This document shows, in pieces, positions 39,987 through 49,382 of a DNA stretch of 64,000 nt (its first letter is position 1; the number at the start of each line of letters is the position of its first letter). The notes below the pieces were generated by a model that saw only the letters and a program-made list of their open reading frames with translations, searched no databases and had not been told where the DNA came from. Made by a program: the position numbers and the translations under genes. The stretch is from a virus, in IMG/VR virus record IMGVR_UViG_3300008952_000004, positions 64,001 to 128,000 of that record; one strand, 5' to 3'.

Positions 39987-40020
39987 TAGAGAAAATCTTT
40001 AGTTTAAGGAGATCATAAAC

Positions 40021-42891
40021 ATGTCAGTAAAGAGATTTAAATTTGTTTCGCCCGGAGTGTTTATTAATGAAATTGATAACTCTCAACTCCCGCGAACCCA
40101 AAACAAGTTAGGACCAGTTATTATTGGACGCACATTACGAGGACCAGCAATGCGTCCCGTAACAGTTGAGTCCCAGTCAGAATTCGTAGAGATGTTTGGA
40201 CAACCCCAGCCCGGTGGTGTTGCTAACGATGTTTGGCGTGAAGGTAATCTTCAATCACCAATGTACGCGACTTATGCTGCGATGTCATACCTAAGAAACA
40301 ATGGTCCTGTTACTATGGTCCGCTTGTTGGGTAACAACCATGAAGATGCGACCGGCGCAGGCGAAGCAGGTTGGTCAGTCGCGAAAGAGGCTTACGGACT
40401 CTTTCTTTGGGATTCCGGCGCCGCACACAATCCAGCGACTCCAGTAACTGGTACATTGGCGGCTGTTTTCTACAGCAAGCTAGGTGCGCCGGTACTTAAA
40501 GGTCCTGCGCGAAGTGGCTCCGCAGACAATATGACTCACGTTAGCGGTACCGGTGGTGCTATTAAAAGTGTTGGCGACGACCGAGAGTTTATGATGACGA
40601 TTTGGAATACAGCCGCAGGTTCTACTGCCGCTGTTAGTAAAGATATTACGACTTCATTCAACTTTAATAAAAGATCAAGCAAATTCATTAGAAAGGTGTT
40701 TAATACAAATCCGGCTCTTTTAGACGCAACTAGTATTGCAGCAGAGAACCGAAAAGATTATTTCTTGGGTCAAACCTTTGAGAATACCCTTGTTGATTAC
40801 CTAGGTAATTCAGATGCAGGCTCTGTTCTTGGAATAGTTGCTCCACTACGCGAAAAGTCTGGTGGCTCCAATAGAGCAGGTAATGATTTCCGTATGGCTG
40901 CAACTGCTGGAACCACTGGCTGGATCTTTTCTCAAGACTTGACCGCTGATTCTGGCTCTTTTGCGCCTGCCTTATCAGATGCCGGAGCCGTAACTGGTGG
41001 TGTAGATAAACTATTTAAAATTCATGCATTGAACAGCGGCGAGTGGGAATCTAAAAATCTTAAAGTTTCTATTCGCGACATCAAGTATGCACGAAACCCA
41101 GAAGAGAATCCGTATGGAACGTTCACCGTTGAGGTGCGTAGAGTACAAGATTCTGATATTTCACGTCAAGTTGTAGAATCATTTTCGAATTGCAATTTGA
41201 ATCCCTCTTCACCAAATTACATTAAAAGAAAGATTGGTGATCAATCACTAAGCTGGAATGAAACGGAACGCCGTTACACATATCAAGGGGATTACGAGAA
41301 TAATTCTCGTTTTATTCGTATTGAAAGCTCTGAAGATTTGGACGCCGCCGCGTTAGATCCCCAGTGCCTACCGTTCGGCTTCTTTGGTCCGCCGAAGTTG
41401 TCGTCTGTCAACCTTGCAGGTAACAACGACGTCACTTGTCCAGCGAATGTACTGTTCAATGTAACAACTTCTGATGTCGATTCACTGGCTCCAGCAGGAA
41501 ACAAGTTCAAAGCCTATGATGAAATCGAGTTGCAGCTTGATTTTCCTGAGTGCCCAATTCGAAAGAATAGTGCTTCTGGCTCCCTTTCTAACAGAAAGCA
41601 AGCCTATTGGGGAGCATATACACAAGAGCCAAGCAACGATAAGACAACTAACGCTTCTTGGGGCGACCACATGTATCCTCTCCCTGATTCACTTGGTACA
41701 GATAGTGATCTAGTAGAGGCATCCTGTTGGGCATTTTCGCTTGATGATATTAAGTTGAGCGGATCGAATAATGCCGATGCTCTCTGGGCAGCAGGTAACC
41801 GCAAGGCGAACGATTCTATCAGTGTGACCTCCAGTTGGAGCGGCACATTGGACCAGGGTTGTGATAAATTTACAATGCCGCTGTGGGGTGGTTTTGACGG
41901 TCATAACATTAATGTACTTGATCCGTATGCTCCAGATGTTGTAATGGCATCAGACTCCACAGACAAGACCGATTCTTCGTTCTACTCCATCAAGAAAGCA
42001 ATTGATGCTTGTTCTTCGCAGGAAGAGGTTGAATTTAATTTGATGGCAATGCCAGGAATCACACACCGAGTACTCAATCGCCACATGGTAGACGTTTGTG
42101 AATCCCGTGGTGATGCACTGGCAGTGTTGGACATCGCAGGGGGCTATAAACCCCGCGCTAACCGCTCTGCGGGTGACGCTTTTAGCTCATATGGCGGTAC
42201 GGTTGATGCTACTCTTGACGAGATTGATGAGCTACAAATTAATTCAAGTTATGCTTGTACTTATTATCCTTGGGTGCAAATTAAGGATTCCGCCACCGAC
42301 GCTGTTCTGTGGTCACCTCCTTCGGTTGTTGCACTTGGTACTTTCGCTAGTTCCGAGAGGAAATCAGATGTTTGGTTTGCCCCAGCCGGTTTCACTAGGG
42401 GTGGACTGACAGAAGGTTCAGCGGGCATGCCAGTACTTGGTGTTCGAGATCGCCTCACTGCAAAAGATCGTGACGATCTATATGCAGCTAGGGTCAATCC
42501 GATTGCCAGCTTCCCGGCAGAGGGTATTGTAATCTTTGGTCAAAAGACAATGCAGGTAACAGCTTCCGCTCTCGATAGGATTAATGTCCGTCGCTTGATG
42601 ATTTACGTCAAGAAAGAGATTTCGCGAATGGCTGCAACCACACTTTTCGAGCCGAACGTCCAAAGAACTTGGTTTAACTTTACTTCAAGAGTTGAGCCTT
42701 TCCTTCAGGGCGTCAAGGCAGGTCTAGGACTGGAAGACTTTAAGGTTGTGTTGGATGAAACCACAACCACACCAGACTTGGTTGATCGTAACATTATGTA
42801 TGCTAAGATCCTCCTGAAACCAACAAAAGCTATTGAATATATTGCGATTGACTTCGTGATTACAAATAGTGGAGCTTCTTTCGAAGATTAA
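40021..42891 (+). CDS. Contractile tail sheath protein (gp18-like)
   Basis: FVSPGVFINEID, YYPWVQI, WFAPAGFTRG, RVNPIASFP, IFGQKT, LDRINVRRL, LKPTKAIEYI. Confidence 0.95.
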   Translation: MSVKRFKFVSPGVFINEIDNSQLPRTQNKLGPVIIGRTLRGPAMRPVTVESQSEFVEMFGQPQPGGVANDVWREGNLQSPMYATYAAMSYLRNNGPVTMVRLLGNNHEDATGAGEAGWSVAKEAYGLFLWDSGAAHNPATPVTGTLAAVFYSKLGAPVLKGPARSGSADNMTHVSGTGGAIKSVGDDREFMMTIWNTAAGSTAAVSKDITTSFNFNKRSSKFIRKVFNTNPALLDATSIAAENRKDYFLGQTFENTLVDYLGNSDAGSVLGIVAPLREKSGGSNRAGNDFRMAATAGTTGWIFSQDLTADSGSFAPALSDAGAVTGGVDKLFKIHALNSGEWESKNLKVSIRDIKYARNPEENPYGTFTVEVRRVQDSDISRQVVESFSNCNLNPSSPNYIKRKIGDQSLSWNETERRYTYQGDYENNSRFIRIESSEDLDAAALDPQCLPFGFFGPPKLSSVNLAGNNDVTCPANVLFNVTTSDVDSLAPAGNKFKAYDEIELQLDFPECPIRKNSASGSLSNRKQAYWGAYTQEPSNDKTTNASWGDHMYPLPDSLGTDSDLVEASCWAFSLDDIKLSGSNNADALWAAGNRKANDSISVTSSWSGTLDQGCDKFTMPLWGGFDGHNINVLDPYAPDVVMASDSTDKTDSSFYSIKKAIDACSSQEEVEFNLMAMPGITHRVLNRHMVDVCESRGDALAVLDIAGGYKPRANRSAGDAFSSYGGTVDATLDEIDELQINSSYACTYYPWVQIKDSATDAVLWSPPSVVALGTFASSERKSDVWFAPAGFTRGGLTEGSAGMPVLGVRDRLTAKDRDDLYAARVNPIASFPAEGIVIFGQKTMQVTASALDRINVRRLMIYVKKEISRMAATTLFEPNVQRTWFNFTSRVEPFLQGVKAGLGLEDFKVVLDETTTTPDLVDRNIMYAKILLKPTKAIEYIAIDFVITNSGASFED

Positions 42892-42924
42892 TAATAAAGG
42901 TTAAGGTGATATTAAGTCGCCTTA

Positions 42925-42933
42925 ACTATTTAT
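42925..42933 (+). promoter_or_regulatory. Putative late promoter motif ACTATTTAT
   Basis: Intergenic, 45 nt before the tube ATG. Confidence 0.6.
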
Positions 42934-42969
42934 TAATAACAAAACTGTTTATATAGGAGAAAAAAATAA

Positions 42970-43482
42970 ATGGCTGAAAAATTTTGGACAGACTCAACCG
43001 CCGAGCCAAAAAGAGCGTATCGATGGACAGTTCTTCTGGGAACGGATAGAAACAATCTAGCTCACTTTGTGGCGAAGAAGGTTACAAAGCCCAGTTTCAC
43101 GGTGACTGAAACCGCGCATTCATATCTAAATCACAAGTTTTACTATCCCGGTAGATTGGAGTGGAACACTGTTACGCTAACGTTGGCAGATGCGATATTC
43201 CCAAACTCCGCTGAGGTTGTACGAAATATGTTGGAAGATTCCGGTTACCACATTCCAGATCGTGGTAACTATGCTACAATTGGTAAAAACAAGTCCGTAG
43301 GTGCATTGGGAGTTGTACAAATCACCCAGCATGATTCAGACGGAAACCCAATTGAATATTGGAAGCTACATAATGCTTGGATAAAAGATGCTAAGTTTGG
43401 CGATCTCGACTATGAGTCTGATGATATGCTTGAAGTCGAGTTGGAAATTCGTTACGACTACGCTGAACTAGTTCAGGCTTAA
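42970..43482 (+). CDS. Tail tube protein (gp19-like)
   Basis: EPKRAYRW, YYPGRLEW, WKLHNAW, FGDLDYESD, LEIRYDYA; follows sheath. Confidence 0.88.
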   Translation: MAEKFWTDSTAEPKRAYRWTVLLGTDRNNLAHFVAKKVTKPSFTVTETAHSYLNHKFYYPGRLEWNTVTLTLADAIFPNSAEVVRNMLEDSGYHIPDRGNYATIGKNKSVGALGVVQITQHDSDGNPIEYWKLHNAWIKDAKFGDLDYESDDMLEVELEIRYDYAELVQA

Positions 43483-43558
43483 ACTATTTTATTCTTAACA
43501 TTATTTAATAAATCTTCTATTATATAAACAAAGTTATTTCACAAAAAAGAGGTGATAA

Positions 43559-44419
43559 ATGTCAAGGAATAATGAAGCTCGCACTGGGGCAACCCCCGCA
43601 GCGGACACCCCACCAGAGCAAATGCTCTCCACAGCAGCCGAGGAGAGTCCCTCTCCAATGCAATTTACTACTCCAACCGAGTTTGTTGATTTACCGTCAA
43701 GAGGTCGTTTTTACTCCGAGGATAGTACACTCCATGGAAAAGAAAGTATTGAAATTCGCTATATGACGGCGAAGGATGAAGATATTTTAACATCAAAATC
43801 CCTGTTAAAGAAGGGACTAGCAATCGATCGACTCCTCCAGAACATTCTGGTTGACAAAACGATTCGTTTAAGCGATATGTTAATTGGCGATAAGAACGCT
43901 TTAGTGGTCGCTGCCAGAATCTCTGGCTACGGAAGTGAATACAACACTAAAGTAACTTGCCCTGCGTGCTCACTAGTGCAACAATATGAATTTGATCTAG
44001 ACGAGCAGGAGATTATTGAAGGTGGGGATAGTTTGAATGCCACTCCCACTGGCAATGGCACGTGGGTGGTAGACTGTCCTAAATCTGGTGTTAAGGTTGA
44101 AGTGCGACTTTTGACAGGAGCAGACGAGAAATGGTTAACCACAACACAGGCAAATCGAAAGAAGAATAAGCTTCCGGAATCGACCGCAACGGATCAACTT
44201 AAACTGATGATCAAATCAGTGAATGGTGATGAGAAACAGGCATCTATTAATAAATTTATTAATTCAATGCCCGCTCAGGATGCAAGATTTGTGCGATCCG
44301 CATACGAAGAACTAATGCCCGATATTGATCTGTCGCAGCATTTTGACTGTCAAGAGTGTGGATTTGACATGGACATGGAGGTTCCGTTCACAACGGACTT
44401 TTTTTGGCCTAAGCGATAA
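43559..44419 (+). CDS. Tail assembly chaperone / gp26-like hub assembly protein
   Basis: VDLPSRG, RYMTAKDEDIL, IGDKNAL, two CxxC pairs (CPAC, CQEC), ends FFWPKR; between tube and tape measure. Confidence 0.75.
   Translation: MSRNNEARTGATPAADTPPEQMLSTAAEESPSPMQFTTPTEFVDLPSRGRFYSEDSTLHGKESIEIRYMTAKDEDILTSKSLLKKGLAIDRLLQNILVDKTIRLSDMLIGDKNALVVAARISGYGSEYNTKVTCPACSLVQQYEFDLDEQEIIEGGDSLNATPTGNGTWVVDCPKSGVKVEVRLLTGADEKWLTTTQANRKKNKLPESTATDQLKLMIKSVNGDEKQASINKFINSMPAQDARFVRSAYEELMPDIDLSQHFDCQECGFDMDMEVPFTTDFFWPKR
44396..44408 (+). other. Candidate programmed frameshift site GAC UUU UUU UGG (U7 run)
   Basis: Seven U at 44399-44405 link frame 0 (FFWPKR*) to the +1 frame (FFGLSDKY...). Confidence 0.65.
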
Positions 44420-44612
44420 GTACGTTGAAAGCGTATATGAACAGATTTTTCTCTTAAAGCACCACGGCGGCTGGAGCTTTGTTGAAGCATATAGTCTCCC
44501 AATACAGATTCGTCACTGGTTTGTTCGTCGTTTAAGTAAACAATTCGAGCAAGAAAAAGCAGAGATGGATAAGGCTAAAGCGAAAGCCCAGTCCCAAGCA
44601 AAGAGAAAATGA
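44400..44612 (+). CDS. gp51/GT-like chaperone extension, probably reached by frameshift
   Basis: YEQIFLLKHHGGWSFVEAYSLPIQIRHWF looks like a real chaperone domain; no in-frame ATG between the U7 run and the domain; terminator follows. Confidence 0.65.
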   Translation, partial: FFGLSDKYVESVYEQIFLLKHHGGWSFVEAYSLPIQIRHWFVRRLSKQFEQEKAEMDKAKAKAQSQAKRK

Positions 44613-44615
44613 TAT

Positions 44616-44642
44616 AAGGGCGCTATCTGGCGCCCTTTTTTC
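44616..44642 (+). terminator. Rho-independent terminator
   Basis: AAGGGCGC-TATCTG-GCGCCCTT followed by TTTT. Confidence 0.85.
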
Positions 44643-44653
44643 TTTATAAAAGA

Positions 44654-44662
44654 ACTATTTAT
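44654..44662 (+). promoter_or_regulatory. Putative late promoter motif ACTATTTAT
   Basis: Directly after the terminator, 41 nt before GTG 44695. Confidence 0.6.
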
Positions 44663-44694
44663 ATTTGCATTAATATATTATTGGAGGTTCCCTA

Positions 44695-45033
44695 GTGTCA
44701 GAAGAGCAAAAAGATTTAACCCCTATAGTAATTGACTTAAACGCTGCCAAATCTGGCGAGCTAAAAGAATTCAATCCGTTGGCTATGCTTAAACATGGCG
44801 TTGGAGCCCTATTATCTATGATGTTCGGAGGCTCCGCTGTGCCTGTGAAACTTAGAGGGTCAAAAAGCGATGTAAAAGCATTTGCCAAGGCTTTGGGGAA
44901 TGAGAAGAGATATATCGACGCCTATAGAAAGTATGGTCTTAATGACGCAAGAACATATAAAAACAAATATAAACTCAATAATGCTATTAAGGATTTCAAT
45001 AAAAAGACGGGCTTGAAATGGCCATTTAAATAA
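44695..45033 (+). CDS. Small basic hypothetical protein before tape measure
   Basis: GGAGGT SD, GTG start. Confidence 0.6.
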   Translation: MSEEQKDLTPIVIDLNAAKSGELKEFNPLAMLKHGVGALLSMMFGGSAVPVKLRGSKSDVKAFAKALGNEKRYIDAYRKYGLNDARTYKNKYKLNNAIKDFNKKTGLKWPFK

Positions 45034-45051
45034 TTAGGGAAAGCTAAATGA

Positions 45052-47964
45052 ATGGCTGATGATCAAATTAAAAACGCGGAAAGACTCGCTGATTTACAAT
45101 CGCAGGAAGAAATTCGTTTAAAAAATATAACGAAAGCCGAAGAGGCGCGCTCCGTAGTACTTCAGAATCAAGTGGGAATGCTGAAAGAGATGGAGAAAGC
45201 TGTTATGGCGCTCCAAGCAGCGGGGGATGATGCTCTCAAAGCTGAGGAACAAGCAGTCGAAGCAGCCAATGGCAGACTCCAGACACTTTTGCAGATTGGT
45301 ACTGCAAGCAAGGAAGAGATTGAGTACGCACGAACCCTTTTAGGTGAAGCCGAAAATCAATTGACAGCGCGCCAAGAGCTTAGGGATGTTAGCTTAGATG
45401 CCATAACTGAAGAACGTACCGGCAGAGAAAAAATTTTAGAGAAGCATGAGAAAGAGCTTGAATTAAAAGACAAGTTAAATTCCAAGACACAACAGATTTT
45501 GTCGGCAATGACCGGTATCGATGATATGGCTAAGAACACGGTTATAGGACAGTTCTTTGCAACGGCACAGGCAATTGGGTTTGTTGGTGCCTTAGCACAG
45601 GTCGGCGCTGCCATGAAATCGGTCTTCACAATGACTAATATTTTAGGCTCCGCTGGCATCGGGCTTGCCTTTTATTTGATGAAAAACGCATATGCGGCAG
45701 AAGCGGCACGTGCTGAATTCAACGCAACTACTGCTGCTGCCGGAGCGTTCGACGCTCAGATTGTGAACAGCACAGCGCATATGAAGAGTCTTGGTATGGA
45801 TACGAAAGATTATGCCAATGCGCTGGGATCGCTGCGGAATAACATATCCTTTTTTGCCGACTTGCCCGATCACGGTGACGCATTAGCCAAACTAAATGCA
45901 CAAATGGGTAAACTTGGTGTTGATCAAGCTGCGCTAAATTCATTGCAGGAATTTGAGCATACGCTCGGCGGCGGCAATGTCGAAGAGTTCACTCTCAATC
46001 TCCTTGGCGCCTCAAAAGCTATTGGTATGGACTTGAATAAGGTTGTTGCTAATGCCTCGCAGCATATGAATAAATTTGCAGTTTATGGTGATCGAGCGAA
46101 AGAAGTTTTTATAGGAATGCAATCACATGCAAAGAAACTCGGCGCCGAAATCAGTGATTTAACAGACATAACAGATCAATATAACACGGTTAGTGGCTCG
46201 ATTGCTGCTGCCGCAAAATTAAATATGGCACTCGGCGGCGCTTATATCAATGCAAATAAAATGAGAGGTCTTTCGGACGAACAGAGAATTGTAGAAATCA
46301 AAAGGGCAATCGAAGCCTCCGGTCAAAGTATAGAGACAATGAGTGTTGAGTCAAAACGTCGTTTTATTCAACTATCGGGAATTAAAAATGAAGCTTTGGC
46401 ATTAAAAATGCTAGGCAAGACAAAGGCTGAAGAATTAAAAAAAGCGTCTGACGGCGCCATCGCCGCGACGGCATCCCAAGACGAACTAAACAAGGCGACG
46501 GAGAGTTCTCTAACGCCAATGCAAAAGCTGGCAACGTTGTTTTCTGACCTTCTTGCAGTCGTTAAACCAATCATCGATGGTTTGCACTGGGTCGCCGATG
46601 GAATGAAATCAATTTTTGGTGGTGGGTTCTGGGCGGGTCTTGGAACAATGGCTAGTCTATGGGCGGGTTATAAGCTTGCAGTTTGGGCTGTGGTAGCAGC
46701 AAAGACCGCATTTATGACTCGGATAATTGGGTTGTGGCCATGGCAGGTAAAATCCGCTGCCACAACAGCGCTAGACGCAGGAGCACAAAAGGATGGTGCC
46801 GTCTCTACAGAACTAAATAATGCAGCAAAATTGAAGGGTACTCCTATTACACAAGCATTCGGCGCCGCAGCCTCGATGAGCGCGGGACAGATTCTGGCAA
46901 TGGGCGCCGCTCTACTGTTTGCTGCGATCGGCATTGGGATCATTGTTGGTTCTTTAGCATTATTGGCTATGCAAATGAAAGAGATGTCTGTTGGTCAGAT
47001 GGCTATGTTTACAGGAGTCATTATAACTATTGGACTTGTTCTGAAAATGCTGATTCCTGTTTTCGCAGCTAACGCAGCAGCAGCATCAGCAGCAGCCGGT
47101 GCTTTTACACTACTGGCAATTGCTGCATCAATGGCAGCGCCGGGAGTCGTGGCACTGGGACTTGGTATGCTTTTATTCGCTATTGGATTCGCAGTGGTTA
47201 TGATATTAATGCCGATGTTTGCCATTTTTGTTGGACTGGTAGCGTCTTTGACAGTGCTCGCCCCACTCATGGTCGCAGCAGGGTCAATGGTTATGGTCGG
47301 CTTAATGATGATGAGTTTTGGGCTGCTATCCTTGGGGCTGGCACTCAAGTTCGTCTCCTCCAGAGATCTTGAGTCTCTTGGAAATATGATGATGGGACTC
47401 GGGATGGTTGCAGCCAATATGGGCGCAGGCATCAGTTCGGCTGTACCGACAGTTAGAGCGTTGATGAACACATTACGAGATCTAGGCACTGGTACAATAT
47501 ATGGAGCAGGGTTGGGAATGGAAGCTATCACTGACGCATTCCTTATGCTTGGTATGTCAGCATCTATAGCGTCTTGGGGGGTTGAGGAATTAGCTGATGC
47601 GATGGAGGCAATCCCTGAGTCAAAAGTAACAGCATTTACACAAATGTTTGAAACAGTAACAGATAATGCCCCCGCAGTGCAAGCACTAACACCTACCGCT
47701 ATTGGAAATGTAACTAAATTAGTTGACGAAGCGTTCAGATTTAATTCAGCACTTATGATCGGTGGTATGTTTGGCGGAGCTTCGGCGTTTGTTGAGGCTC
47801 TCGGCGCAACAACCGGCACTACGACGCCTACAAAGGGCGGCGGAGCCAGTTCAGCAGAAACCCCACCAGTTATTTTTGAGATTGATGGTCGAGAGATTGG
47901 TAAGGTGGTCGAGAAATATATTAATAAGAAGAATAAGCTGCCCACCAAAGTAAAATCAAAGTAA
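45052..47964 (+). CDS. Tape measure protein
   Basis: Ala-rich helical 970-aa protein with coiled coil and many hydrophobic segments; canonical position. Confidence 0.85.
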   Translation: MADDQIKNAERLADLQSQEEIRLKNITKAEEARSVVLQNQVGMLKEMEKAVMALQAAGDDALKAEEQAVEAANGRLQTLLQIGTASKEEIEYARTLLGEAENQLTARQELRDVSLDAITEERTGREKILEKHEKELELKDKLNSKTQQILSAMTGIDDMAKNTVIGQFFATAQAIGFVGALAQVGAAMKSVFTMTNILGSAGIGLAFYLMKNAYAAEAARAEFNATTAAAGAFDAQIVNSTAHMKSLGMDTKDYANALGSLRNNISFFADLPDHGDALAKLNAQMGKLGVDQAALNSLQEFEHTLGGGNVEEFTLNLLGASKAIGMDLNKVVANASQHMNKFAVYGDRAKEVFIGMQSHAKKLGAEISDLTDITDQYNTVSGSIAAAAKLNMALGGAYINANKMRGLSDEQRIVEIKRAIEASGQSIETMSVESKRRFIQLSGIKNEALALKMLGKTKAEELKKASDGAIAATASQDELNKATESSLTPMQKLATLFSDLLAVVKPIIDGLHWVADGMKSIFGGGFWAGLGTMASLWAGYKLAVWAVVAAKTAFMTRIIGLWPWQVKSAATTALDAGAQKDGAVSTELNNAAKLKGTPITQAFGAAASMSAGQILAMGAALLFAAIGIGIIVGSLALLAMQMKEMSVGQMAMFTGVIITIGLVLKMLIPVFAANAAAASAAAGAFTLLAIAASMAAPGVVALGLGMLLFAIGFAVVMILMPMFAIFVGLVASLTVLAPLMVAAGSMVMVGLMMMSFGLLSLGLALKFVSSRDLESLGNMMMGLGMVAANMGAGISSAVPTVRALMNTLRDLGTGTIYGAGLGMEAITDAFLMLGMSASIASWGVEELADAMEAIPESKVTAFTQMFETVTDNAPAVQALTPTAIGNVTKLVDEAFRFNSALMIGGMFGGASAFVEALGATTGTTTPTKGGGASSAETPPVIFEIDGREIGKVVEKYINKKNKLPTKVKSK

Positions 47965-47998
47965 TAATTTTCTTCTTCGATTAGATTTTTGTTTATAT

Positions 47999-48007
47999 TC
48001 TATTTAC
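47999..48007 (+). promoter_or_regulatory. Putative late promoter motif variant TCTATTTAC
   Basis: Intergenic, 31 nt before ATG 48030. Confidence 0.45.
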
Positions 48008-48029
48008 TGTATAAGGAGACATAAGTATA

Positions 48030-49031
48030 ATGTCCAAAGAACCTAAAGCGGCAGGCACACCTGGGTCCACCTCTACTAAAGCGGTGGATGCCACTAGATT
48101 TTATTCTGGTGCAAAAATACGTTTTTTTAGTATATCTCAGGGCACCAATGTGAGCTTCAAAGCATTTGTTAAAAGCTTTTCTGATAAATATGAATGTAAC
48201 TGGACTGAAACCCGTGCTTTCGGACGGATGGACCCTTTAACAACATATCAAGGTACGGGGAGAAAAATCTCAATTGAGTGGGATATTCCGTCATACAGTT
48301 TAGGAGAAGCAAGAAGAAATTTGAAGAATTGCTCAAAGTTGATTCAAGCGATGTATCCAAAATATTCTTCCACAGACGGCGCAGCTACATTGCAAACCCC
48401 GCCGTATTTTAAGGTCAAGTTTATGAATATGATAACAAATTCACGCTCATCCGGCGGCGGACAAGCTGCTACCAATGGCTTGTTCTGTACTATCGGTGGC
48501 TTTGAGTTTAATCCAGATTTTGAGGCAGGCGTATATGTGAAGGGGGGCAATATATATCCAAAAGTTATTAATGCGAGTGTTGAGATGACAATTCTACATG
48601 ACCACCTCTGTGGAGCCGGTGCGTCCAGCGGCTATAATTTTAGTTCTTTTCCGTATGGCAAGAGTAAAGCACCAATGACGCCAGAAGAGGCTCAGGAATT
48701 AGCATCAGCCACAATGCAGACGATGGCGACACTAGGTGGCGCAGGGGTTGCCGCCGACGCTGTTGCATATTCAGCCGGAACTGGTGGAGAGATCGACCCC
48801 GCCACAGCCAAAATGATGGCAGAAGCAGAGAAGGAATCAGAATCACTAGGCGCTATCGCTGCAAAAGGAGCAACGATGGGGCAGACGGAAGCACCGTTCT
48901 ATCAGAATGCACTCGATGCAATACCACAGACTAACAACGATTCCGTGGCGAAACAGGAACAAACAGCTAGCGCAGTGGAATCAGTTTTTGGTGCTGGCGG
49001 CGGTGGCGGCGCCGCCAAATATTTGGATTAG
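48030..49031 (+). CDS. Tail tube initiator/baseplate protein (gp48/gp54-like)
   Basis: Tube-like fold signature WTETRAFGRMDPLTTYQGTGRKISIEW, PPYFKVKF; follows the tape measure. Confidence 0.65.
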   Translation: MSKEPKAAGTPGSTSTKAVDATRFYSGAKIRFFSISQGTNVSFKAFVKSFSDKYECNWTETRAFGRMDPLTTYQGTGRKISIEWDIPSYSLGEARRNLKNCSKLIQAMYPKYSSTDGAATLQTPPYFKVKFMNMITNSRSSGGGQAATNGLFCTIGGFEFNPDFEAGVYVKGGNIYPKVINASVEMTILHDHLCGAGASSGYNFSSFPYGKSKAPMTPEEAQELASATMQTMATLGGAGVAADAVAYSAGTGGEIDPATAKMMAEAEKESESLGAIAAKGATMGQTEAPFYQNALDAIPQTNNDSVAKQEQTASAVESVFGAGGGGGAAKYLD

Positions 49032-49041
49032 GAGAAAACAG

Positions 49042-49377
49042 ATGCGCTATAGATTAAGAGACATGAACAATTCCTTGCAGCCGTTTTATTACGACTACAG
49101 TCAGAAACACAATAGAAGCCAATATATAACTCATTATACAACACCGGCATTCCACGTACTTGAGAGAGAAATTATCTCCGAGTTTGAGCACGTTCGGCAT
49201 ACTTGGAAGACCGGCGATAGATTATATAAGCTCGCTGAATTGCATTATAGCGATGCTGCATCTTGGTGGTTAATTGCGCTTTATAACAATAAGCCAACAG
49301 AGGCACACATTAATAACGGCGATGTAATTTTAATTCCAAAACCTGTGGGTCAGGTCCTAGCTAGGTACGGGTATTAA
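49042..49377 (+). CDS. LysM-like baseplate protein (gp53/tail X-like)
   Basis: Start reassigned to ATG 49042 (AGGAG); HTWKTGDRLYKLAELHYSDAASWWLIALYN...GDVILIP. Confidence 0.75.
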   Translation: MRYRLRDMNNSLQPFYYDYSQKHNRSQYITHYTTPAFHVLEREIISEFEHVRHTWKTGDRLYKLAELHYSDAASWWLIALYNNKPTEAHINNGDVILIPKPVGQVLARYGY

Positions 49378-49382
49378 AAGTC

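Noticed and set aside
43483-43492. ACTATTTTAT before the chaperone gene as another late promoter
   Set aside because: It has an extra T relative to the consensus and lies in very AT-rich DNA, so it was not counted.
46995-47948. 317-aa minus-strand ORF and the many other short antisense or off-frame ORFs in the track
   Set aside because: They are shadows of well-supported + strand genes, lack SD sites and motifs, and mirror the codon pattern of the sense gene.
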